A DNA stretch of 64,000 bases. It comes from Ranitomeya imitator (Eukaryota). Below the pieces are notes generated by a model, which was not told the DNA's origin, did no database searches, and worked only from the letters and a program-made list of their open reading frames with translations. Position numbers and translations under genes: made by a program. Positions 27,714 to 39,700 of the stretch are shown in pieces. The stretch covers positions 434,558,001-434,622,000 of the forward strand of contig NC_091286.1 in assembly GCF_032444005.1 (NCBI RefSeq), written 5' to 3'. Positions within the stretch are counted from its first letter, which is position 1; each line of letters opens with the position of its first letter.

Positions 27714-30700
27714 TTTTCTTTTTGGGACACATGGATCACTTCTATAGCGGTATGTTGGTTTTGCAAGCCTGCGAGAAAACCACGCAGTACGGATGCCATA
27801 CGGATTACATACGGAGGATGCCATGCGCAAAAAACGCTGACACAGCCTGCCTACGGAGGAGCAACGGACCATTTTTTTGGGGACTTTTCAGCGTATTACG
27901 GCCGTAATATACGGACCGTATTGTTTTACGCTGTGTGTGACGCCGGCCTGAAATAGAGAAAAGCATCTCTTTGAATTGTCTTAGTATTTATCCTATATGT
28001 GTGACAAAGATCTTAGTCATAGTAGTTAATTATGGACATGCCCAAACGAAGAGTTGTATAAATTCATGACCATGTCATGGTAATGGCAAAGAAAATGAAA
28101 AGGAATTTTCAAGGCAGATGAAAGTAAATCTCATCGGATTGCAATGAGAGCCACACGAGGTATTGGGTAAGGTATTTACAATGGCAAGTCAAATAGCCTA
28201 GTGCTGGGCGCTCATCTACCTCGACTTTTGACTATTCATCTTTCATGTCAGAAGTGCATGAAACTTCAATTATCTCCCTACAAGAATATGGAGGAATGTT
28301 CCATTATGCTATGCGCACACAGTGCATTTTTTATGCATTTTCGTGGTGTTTTTTCCATGCGGAAATGAGCCAAAACACTATGGAATCCTTATGCTAGCTA
28401 ATTCAATGACAATCCTGAAGTGTTGTGCAAATGATCAGTAAATTTCCTGAAATATTTGCAGTGCTTTTTTTCTGCAGCATGTCAATTGTTTTTGCACTTC
28501 TGCAGTTGTTTACACCCATTAACTTCAACTGAGTCAGCGAAATCCGCAGCAAAAAAAGCAGGTATAAAAATGTTTGCGTATTTGCTGCGTATTTGCTGAG
28601 TTTTTGTGTTTTACAGGCTTCCTATGGTGTTTCCCACTCTGTCATCTTTGTGACAGCATGAGAAACACTGGCGCAGTGGTTCTTATCGGCAGTAACACTA
28701 CCACCGGTAAGACCGTTGGTCAGAGCATTGTGGAGTCATACTGTCAGATGTCAGCATGACCTCGCAGCTTTCACTGTGACCCACAGCAGTGACCTGCGGT
28801 AAAAGCTTACCACAGGTCAGTAGGTGAGGGCCGATGAGACTACTGCTCCCATCGGGCTACGTCTGCTGTCACTGATAACAGTGACAGCAGGTGCCACTTA
28901 TGGGAGATGTAGTCTCATCTGTCAGCACCATTGCTCACAGTTGAAAATAAAGGTTAAATAATTACATACACATTCAAATAAAAAAAAAAAAAACATACTC
29001 ACCTAACACCAATTCCCCGATGCCCTCGTTTCCTAGAAATAATCAAAAATAATAAACAACATATACTCACCTGTCCACTGTAGTTCACGTAATCCCATGG
29101 CGATTGTTATGAAAGCAATTCAGTACTACTATGGACATAGCGGTCAGAGCACATACAGTGATCTGACAATAACCCAAAATCATAGAACGAGCTCTGAGAC
29201 GTGGGAACTCTGCAGACCGCAATCCCTAATCCTCTCCAAACAACACTAGAGGCAGCCGTGGATTGCGCCTAACTCTGCCTATGCAACTCGGCACAGCCTG
29301 AGAAACTAGCCTGAAGATGGAAAATAAGCCTACCTTGCCTCAGAGAAATACCCCAAAGGAAAAGGCAGCCCCCCACATATAATGACTGTGAGTTAAGATG
29401 AAAAGACAAACGTAGAGATGAAATAGATTCAGCAAAGTGAGGCCCGACTTTCTTAACAGATCGAGGATAGAAAAGGTAACTTTGCGGTCTACACAAAACC
29501 CTAAAGAAAACCACGCAAAGGGAGCAAAAAGACCCTCCGTACCGAACTAACGGCACGGAGGTACACCCTTTGCGTCCCAGAGCTTCCAGCAACAAATTAG
29601 ACAAGCTGGACAGAAAAAATAGCAAACAAATAGCATAGAAGAACTTAGCTATGCAGAGCAGCAGGCCACAGGAATGATCCAGGGAAAAGCAAGTCCAACA
29701 CTGGAACATTGACAGGAAGCCAGGATCAAAGCATTAGGCGGAGTTAAGTAGAGAAGCACCTAACGACCTCACCAGATCACCTGAGGGAGGAAACTCAGAA
29801 GCCGCAGTACCACTTCCCTCCACCAACAGAAGCTCACAGAGAGAATCAGCCGAAGTAACACTTGTGACCACAGGAGGGAGCTCTGCCACAGAATTCACAA
29901 CAGTACCCCCCCCCTTGAGGAGGGGTCACCGAACCCTCACCAGAGCCCCCAGGCCAACCAGGATGAGCCACATGAAAGGCACGAACATGATCGGGAGCAT
30001 GGACATCAGAGGCAAAAACCCAGGAATTATCTTCCTGAGCATAACCCTTCCATTTAACCAGATACTGGAGTTTCCGTCTAGAAACACGAGAATCCAAAAT
30101 CTTCTCCACAATATACTCCAATTCCCCCTCCACCAAAACCGGGGCAGGAGGATCAACAGATGGAACCATAGGTGCCACGTATCTCCGCAACAATGACCTA
30201 TGGAATACGTTATGTATGGAAAAAGAATCTGGAAGGGTCAGACGAAAAGACACAGGATTAAGAACCTCAGAAATCCTATACGGACCAATGAAACGAGGTC
30301 TAAACTTAGGAGAGGAAACCTTCATAGGAATATGATGAGAAGATAACCAAACCAGATCCCCAACACGAAGTCGGGGACCCACACGGCGTCTGCGATTAGC
30401 GAAACGTTGAGCCTTCTCCTGGGACAAGGTCAAATTGTCCACTACATGAGTCCAAATCTGCTGCAACCTGTCCACCACAGTATCCACACCAGGACAGTCC
30501 GAAGACTCAACCTGTCCTGAAGAGAAACGAGGATGGAACCCAGAATTGCAGAAAAATGGCGAAACCAAGGTAGCCGAGCTGGCCCGATTATTAAGGGCGA
30601 ACTCAGCCAAAGGCAAAAAGGACACCCAGTCATCCTGATCGGCAGAAACAAAGCATCTCAGATATGTTTCCAAGGTCTGATTGGTTCGTTCGGTCTGGCC

Positions 30701-33700
30701 ATTAGTCTGAGGATGGAAAGCCGAGGAAAAAGACAAGTCAATGCCCATCCTACCACAAAAGGCTCGCCAAAACCTCAAAAGAAACTGGGAACCTCTGTCA
30801 GAAACGATATTCTCTGGAATGCCATGTAAACGAACCACATGCTGGAAGAACAATGGCACCAAATCAGAGGAGGAAGGCAATTTAGACAAGGGTACCAGAT
30901 GGACCATCTTAGAAAAGCGATCACAGACCACCCAAATGACTGACATCTTTTGAGAAACGGGAAGATCAGAAATAAAATCCATAGAGATATGTGTCCAAGG
31001 CCTCTTCGGGACCGGCAAGGGCAAAAGCAACCCACTGGCACGAGAACAGCAGGGCTTAGCCCGAGCACAAATCCCACAGGACTGCACAAAAACACGCACA
31101 TCCCGCGACAGAGACGGCCACCAAAAGGATCTAGCCACCAACTCTCTGGTACCAAAGATTCCAGGATGACCAGCCAACACCGAACAATGAACCTCAGAGG
31201 TAACTTTATTGGTCCACCTATCAGGGACAAACAGTCTCTCCGCTGGACAACGATCAGGTTTATTAGCCTGAAATTTTTGCAGCACCCGCCGCAAATCAGG
31301 GGAGATGGCAGACACAATTACTCCTTCCTTGAGGATACCCGCCGGCTCAGACAAACCCGGAGAGTCGGGCACAAAACTCCTAGACAGAGCATCCGCCTTC
31401 ACATTTTTAGAGCCCGGAAGGTACGAAATCACAAAGTCAAAACGGGCAAAAAACAGCGACCAACGAGCCTGTCTAGGATTCAACCGCTTAGCAGACTCAA
31501 GATAAGTCAAGTTCTTATGATCAGTCAATACCACCACGCGATGCTTAGCTCCTTCAAGCCAATGACGCCACTCCTCGAATGCCCACTTCATGGCCAGCAA
31601 CTCTCGGTTGCCCACATCATAATTTTGCTCAGCAGGCGAAAACTTCCTGGAAAAAAAAGCGCATGGTTTCATCACTGAGCAATCAGAACCTCTCTGCGAC
31701 AAAACAGCCCCTGCTCCAATCTCAGAAGCATCAACCTCGACCTGGAACAAAAGAGAAACATCTGGTTGACACAACACAGGGGCAGAAGAAAAACGACGCT
31801 TCAAGTCTTGAAAAGCTTCCACAGCAGCAGAAGACCAACTGACCAAATCAGCACCCTTCTTGGTCAAATCGGTCAATGGTTTGGCAATACTAGAAAAATT
31901 GCAGATGAAGCGACGATAAAAATTAGCAAAGCCCAGGAACTTTTGCAGACTTTTCAGAGATGTCGGCTGAGTCCAATCATGGATGGCTTGGACCTTAACA
32001 GGATCCATCTCGATAGTAGAAGGGGAAAAGATGAACCCCAAAAATGAAACCTTCTGCACACCAAAGAGACCCTTTGATCCCTTCACAAACAAAGAATTAG
32101 CACGCAGGACCTGAAAAACTGTTCTGACCTGCTTCACATGAGACTCCCAATCATCTGAGAAGATCAAAATGTCATCCAAGTACACAATCAGGAATTTATC
32201 CAGGTACTCTCGGAAGATGTCATGCATAAAGGACTGAAACACTGATGGAGCATTGGCAAGTCCGAATGGCATCACTAGATACTCAAAATGACCCTCGGGC
32301 GTATTAAATGCAGTTTTCCATTCATCTCCTCGCCTGATTCGCACCAGATTATACGCACCACGAAGATCTATCTTGGTGAACCAACTAGCCCCCTTAATCC
32401 GAGCAAACAAATCAGATAACAATGGCAAGGGGTACTGAAATTTAACCGTGATCTTATTTAGAAGGCGGTAATCTATACAAGGTCTCAGCGAACCATCCTT
32501 CTTGGCTACAAAAAAGAACCCTGCTCCTAATGGTGACGATGACGGGCGAATATGCCCCTTCTCCAGGGATTCCTTCACATAACTGCGCATAGCGGCGTGC
32601 TCAGGCACGGACAAATTAAACAGTCGACCTTTTGGGAATTTACTACCAGGAATCAAATTGATAGCACAATCACAATCCCTATGCGGAGGTAGGGCATCGG
32701 ACTTGGGCTCATCAAATACATCCCGGTAATCAGACAAGAACTCTGGAACCTCAGAAGGGGTGGATGACGAAATTGACAGAAATGGAACATCACCATGTAC
32801 CCCCTGACAACCCCAGCTGGACACCGACATGGATTTCCAATCTAATACTGGATTATGGGTTTGTAGCCATGGCAACCCCAACACGACCACATCATGCAGA
32901 TTATGCAACTTCAGAAAGCGAATAACCTTCTGATGTGCAGGAGCCATGCACATGGTCAGCTGGGTCCAGTATTGAGGCTTATTCTTGGCCAAAGGCGTGG
33001 CATCAATTCCTCTCAATGGAATAGGACACTGCAAGGGCTCTAAGAGAAACCCACAACGCTTAGCATACTCCAAGTCCATCAAATTCAGGGCAGCGCCTGA
33101 ATCCACAAATGCCATGACAGAATACGATGACAAAGAGCAGATCAAGGTAACGGACAGAAGAAATTTTGACTGTACCGTACCAATGGTGGCAGACCTAGCG
33201 AACTGCTTAGTGCGCTTAGGACAATCAGAGATAGCATGAGTGGCATCACCACAGTAGAAACACAGCCCATTCAGACGTCTGTGTTCTTGCCGTTTAACTC
33301 TGGTCAAAGTCCTATCGCACTGCATAGGCTCAGGTTTAAGCTCAGGTAATACCGCCAAATGGTGCACAGATTTACGCTCACGCAAGCGTCGACCGATGTG
33401 AATGGCCAAAGACATAGACTCATTCAAACCAGCAGGCATAGGAAATCCCACCATGACATCCTTAAGGGCTTCAGAGAGACCCTTTCTGAACATAGCTGCC
33501 AGCGCAGATTCATTCCATTGAGTGAGCACGGACCACTTTCTAAATTTCTGACAATATACCTCTATCTCATCCTGACCCTGACAAAGAGCCAGCAAATTTT
33601 TCTCTGCCTGATCCACTGAATTAGGTTCATCGTACAGCAATCCGAGCGCCAGGAAAAACGCATCGATATTACTCAATGCAGGATCTCCTGGCGCAAGAGA

Positions 33701-36700
33701 AAATGCCCAGTCCTGAGGGTCGCCGCGCAAAAAAGAAATAACAATCAAAACCTGTTGAACTGGATCACCAGAGGAGCGAGGTTTCAAGGCCAGAAACAAT
33801 TTACAATTATTTTTGAAACTCAGAAACTTAGTCCTATCTCCAAAAAACAAATCAGGAATAGGAATTCTTGGTTCCAACATAGCTTTCTGATCAATAGTGT
33901 CTTGAATCTTTTGTACTCTTGCCGAGAGCTGATCCACAAATGAAGACAGACTTCTAATGTCCATCGCTACACCTGTGTACTGAACCACCCAAATGTCTAG
34001 GGGAAAAAAAAGGCAAAACACAGTGCAAAGAAAAAAAAATGGTCTCAGAACTTCTTTTTTCCCTCTATTGAGAATCATTAGTACTTTGGGCTTCCTGTAC
34101 TGTTATGAAAGCAATTCAGTACTACTATGGACATAGCGGTCAGAGCACATACAGTGATCTGACAATAACCCAAAATCATAGAACGAGCTCTGAGACGTGG
34201 GAACTCTGCAGACCGCAATCCCTATTCCTCTCCAAACAACACTAGAGGCAGCCGTGGATTGCGCCTAACTCTGCCTATGCAACTCGGCACAGCCTGAGAA
34301 ACTAACTAGCCTGAAGATAGAAAATAAGCCTACCTTGCCTCAGAGAAATACCCCAAAGGAAAAGGCAGCCCCCCACATATAATGACTGTGAGTTAAGATG
34401 AAAAGACAAAAGTAAAGATGAAATAGATTCAGCAAAGTGAGGCCCGACTTTCTTAACAGATCGAGGATAGAAAAGGTAACTTTGCGGTCTACACAAAACC
34501 CTAAAGAAAACCACGCAAAGGGAGCAAAAAGACCCTCCGTACCGAACTAACGGCACGGAGGTACACCCTTTGCGTCCCAGAGCTTCCAGCAACAAATTAG
34601 ACAAGCTGGACAGAAAAAATAGCAAACAAATAGCATAGAAGAACTTAGCTATGCAGAGCAGCAGGCCACAGGAATGATCCAGGGAAAAGCAAGTCCAACA
34701 CTGGAACATTGACAGGAAGCCAGGATCAAAGCATTAGGCGGAGTTAAGTAGAGAAGCACCTAACGACCTCACCAGATCACCTGAGGGAGGAAACTCAGAA
34801 GCCGCAGTACCACTTCCCTCCACCAACGAGAGAATCAGCCGAAGTAACACTTGTGACCACAGGAGGGAGCTCTGCCACAGAATTCACAACAGTACCCCCC
34901 CTTGAGGAGGGGTCACCGAACCCTCACCAGAGCCCCCAGGCCAACCAGGATGAGCCACATGAAAGGCACGAACATGATCGGGAGCATGGACATCAGAGGC
35001 AAAAACCCAGGAATTATCTTCCTGAGCATAACCCTTCCATTTAACCAGATACTGGAGTTTCCGTCTAGAAACACGAGAATCCAAAATCTTCTCCACAATA
35101 TACTCCAATTCCCCCTCCACCAAAACCGGGGCAGGAGGATCAACAGATGGAACCATAGGTGCCACGTATCTCCGCAACAATGACCTATGGAATACGTTAT
35201 GTATGGAAAAAGAATCTGGAAGGGTCAGACGAAAAGACACAGGATTAAGAACCTCAGAAATCCTATACGGACCAATGAAACGAGGTCTAAACTTAGGAGA
35301 GGAAACCTTCATAGGAATATGACGAGAAGATAACCAAACCAGATCCCCAACACGAAGTCGGGGACCCACACGGCGTCTGCGATTAGCGAAACGTTGAGCC
35401 TTCTCCTGGGACAAGGTCAAATTGTCCACTACATGAGTCCAAATCTGCTGCAACCTGTCCACCACAGTATCCACACCAGGACAGTCCGAAGACTCAACCT
35501 GTCCTGAAGAGAAACGAGGATGGAACCCAGAATTGCAGAAAAATGGCGAAACCAAGGTAGCCGAGCTGGCCCGATTATTAAGGGCGAACTCAGCCAAAGG
35601 CAAAAAGGACACCCAGTCATCCTGATCGGCAGAAACAAAGCATCTCAGATATGTTTCCAAGGTCTGATTGGTTCGTTCGGTCTGGCCATTAGTCTGAGGA
35701 TGGAAAGCCGAGGAAAAAGACAAGTCAATGCCCATCCTACCACAAAAGGCTCGCCAAAACCTCAAAAGAAACTGGGAACCTCTGTCAGAAACGATATTCT
35801 CTGGAATGCCATGTAAACGAACCACATGCTGGAAGAACAATGGCACCAAATCAGAGGAGGAAGGCAATTTAGACAAGGGTACCAGATGGACCATCTTAGA
35901 AAAGCGATCACAGACCACCCAAATGACTGACATCTTTTGAGAAACGGGAAGATCAGAAATAAAATCCATAGAGATATGTGTCCAAGGCCTCTTCGGGACC
36001 GGCAAGGGCAAAAGCAACCCACTGGCACGAGAACAGCAGGGCTTAGCCCGAGCACAAATCCCACAGGACTGCACAAAAACACGCACATCCCGCGACAGAG
36101 ACGGCCACCAAAAGGATCTAGCCACCAACTCTCTGGTACCAAAGATTCCAGGATGACCAGCCAACACCGAACAATGAACCTCAGAGGTAACTTTATTGGT
36201 CCACCTATCAGGGACAAACAGTCTCTCCGCTGGACAACGATCAGGTTTATTAGCCTGAAATTTTTGTAGCACCCGCCGCAAATCAGGGGAGATGGCAGAC
36301 ACAATTACTCCTTCCTTGAGGATACCCGCCGGCTCAGACAAACCCGGAGAGTCGGGCACAAAACTCCTAGACAGAGCATCCGCCTTCACATTTTTAGAGC
36401 CCGGAAGGTACGAAATCACAAAGTCAAAACGGGCAAAAAACAGCGACCAACGAGCCTGTCTAGGATTCAACCGCTTAGCAGACTCAAGATAAGTCAAGTT
36501 CTTATGATCAGTCAATACCACCACGCGATGCTTAGCTCCTTCAAGCCAATGACGCCACTCCTCGAATGCCCACTTCATGGCCAGCAACTCTCGGTTGCCC
36601 ACATCATAATTTTGCTCAGCAGGCGAAAACTTCCTGGAAAAAAAAGCGCATGATTTCATCACTGAGCAATCAGAACCTCTCTGCGACAAAACAGCCCCTG

Positions 36701-39700
36701 CTCCAATCTCAGAAGCATCAACCTCGACCTGGAACAAAAGAGAAACATCTGGTTGACACAACACAGGGGCAGAAGAAAAACGACGCTTCAAGTCTTGAAA
36801 AGCTTCCACAGCAGCAGAAGACCAACTGACCAAATCAGCACCCTTCTTGGTTAAATCGGTCAATGGTTTGGCAATACTAGAAAAATTGCAGATGAAGCGA
36901 CGATAAAAATTAGCAAAGCCCAGGAACTTTTGCAGACTTTTCAGAGATGTCGGCTGAGTCCAATCATGGATGGCTTGGACCTTAACAGGATCCATCTCGA
37001 TAGTAGAAGGGGAAAAGATGAACCCCAAAAATGAAACCTTCTGCACACCAAAGAGACCCTTTGATCCCTTCACAAACAAAGAATTAGCACGCAGGACCTG
37101 AAAAACTGTTCTGACCTGCTTCACATGAGACTCCCAATCATCCGAGAAGATCAAAATGTCATCCAAGTACACAATCAGGAATTTATCCAGGTACTCTCGG
37201 AAGATGTCATGCATAAAGGACTGAAACACTGATGGAGCATTGGCAAGTCCGAATGGCATCACTAGATACTCAAAATGACCCTCGGGCGTATTAAATGCAG
37301 TTTTCCATTCATCTCCTCGCCTGATTCGCACCAGATTATACGCACCACGAAGATCTATCTTGGTGAACCAACTAGCCCCCTTAATCCGAGCAAACAAATC
37401 AGATAACAATGGCAAGGGGTACTGAAATTTAACCGTGATCTTATTTAGAAGGCGGTAATCTATACAAGGTCTCAGCGAACCATCCTTCTTGGCTACAAAA
37501 AAGAACCCTGCTCCTAATGGTGACGATGACGGGCGAATATGCCCCTTCTCCAGGGATTCCTTCACATAACTGCGCATAGCGGCGTGCTCAGGCACGGACA
37601 AATTAAACAGTCGACCTTTTGGGAATTTACTACCAGGAATCAAATTGATAGCACAATCACAATCCCTATGCGGAGGTAGGGCATCGGACTTGGGCTCATC
37701 AAATACATCCCGGTAATCAGACAAGAACTCTGGAACCTCAGAAGGGGTGGATGACGAAATTGACAGAAATGGAACATCACCATGTACCCCCTGACAACCC
37801 CAGCTGGACACCGACATGGATTTCCAATCTAATACTGGATTATGGGTTTGTAGCCATGGCAACCCCAACACGACCACATCATGCAGATTATGCAACTCCA
37901 GAAAGCGAATAACCTTCTGATGTGCAGGAGCCATGCACATGGTCAGCTGGGTCCAGTATTGAGGCTTATTCTTGGCCAAAGGCGTGGCATCAATTCCTCT
38001 CAATGGAATAGGACACTGCAAGGGCTCTAAGAGAAACCCACAACGCTTAGCATACTCCAAGTCCATCAAATTCAGGGCAGCGCCTGAATCCACAAATGCC
38101 ATGACAGAATAAGATGACAAAGAGCAGATCAAGGTAACGGACAGAAGAAATTTTGACTGTACCGTACCAATGGTGGCAGACCTAGCGAACCGCTTAGTGC
38201 GCTTAGGACAATCAGAGATAGCATGAGTGGCATCACCACAGTAGAAACACAGCCCATTCAGACGTCTGTGTTCTTGCCGTTTAACTCTGGTCAAAGTCCT
38301 ATCGCACTGCATAGGCTCAGGTTTAAGCTCAGGTAATACCGCCAAATGGTGCACAGATTTACGCTCACGCAAGCGTCGACCGATGTGAATGGCCAAAGAC
38401 ATAGACTCATTCAAACCAGCAGGCATAGGAAATCCCACCATGACATCCTTAAGGGCTTCAGAGAGACCCTTTCTGAACATAGCTGCCAGCGCAGATTCAT
38501 TCCATTGAGTGAGCACGGACCACTTTCTAAATTTCTGACAATATACCTCTATCTCAACCTGACCCTGACAAAGAGCCAGCAAATTTTTCTCTGCCTGATC
38601 CACTGAATTAGGTTCATCGTACAGCAATCCGAGCGCCAGGAAAAACGCATCGATATTACTCAATGCAGGATCTCCTGGCGCAAGAGAAAATGCCCAGTCC
38701 TGAGGGTCGCCGCGCAAAAAAGAAATAACAATCAAAACCTGTTGAACTGGATCACCAGAGGAGCGAGGTTTCAAGGCCAGAAACAATTTACAATTATTTT
38801 TGAAACTCAGAAACTTAGTCCTATCTCCAAAAAACAAATCAGGAATAGGAATTCTTGGTTCCAACATAGCTTTCTGATCAATAGTGTCTTGAATCTTTTG
38901 TACTCTTGCCGAGAGCTGATCCACAAATGAAGACAGACTTCTAATGTCCATCGCTACACCTGTGTACTGAACCACCCAAATGTCTAGGGGAAAAAAAAGG
39001 CAAAACACAGTGCAAAGAAAAAAAAATGGTCTCAGAACTTCTTTTTTCCCTCTATTGAGAATCATTAGTACTTTGGGCTTCCTGTACTGTTATGAAAGCA
39101 ATTCAGTACTACTATGGACATAGCGGTCAGAGCACATACAGTGTTCTGACAATAACCCAAAATCATAGAACGAGCTCTGAGACGTGGGAACTCCGCAGAC
39201 CGCAATCCCTAATCCTCTCCAAACAACACTAGAGGCAGCCGTGGATTGCGCCTAACTCTGCCTATGCAACTCGGCACAGCCTGAGAAACTAACTAGCCTG
39301 AAGATAGAAAATAAGCCTACCTTGCCTCAGAGAAATACCCCAAAGGAAAAGGCAGCCCCCCACATATAATGACTGTGAGTTAAGATGAAAAGACAAACGT
39401 AGAGATGAAATAGATTCAGCAAAGTGAGGCCCGACTTTCTTAACAGATCGAGGATAGAAAAGGTAACTTTGCGGTCTACACAAAACCCTAAAGAAAACCA
39501 CGCAAAGGGAGCAAAAAGACCCTCCGTACCGAACTAACGGCACGGAGGTACACCCTTTGCGTCCCAGAGCTTCCAGCAACAAATTAGACAAGCTGGACAG
39601 AAAAAATAGCAAACAAATAGCAAAGAAGAACTTAGCTATGCAGAGCATCAGGCCACAGGAATGATCCAGGGAAAAGCAAGTCCAACACTGGAACATTGAC

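Noticed and set aside
33965-34078. MILNRGKK... N-terminal extension of Gag-Pol
   Set aside because: Lies in the leader just after the PBS across A/T homopolymers; MDIRS is the more plausible start
29864-38930. Numerous + strand ORFs over the tandem Gypsy
   Set aside because: Shadow frames of gag-pol; their duplication only reflects the duplicated element
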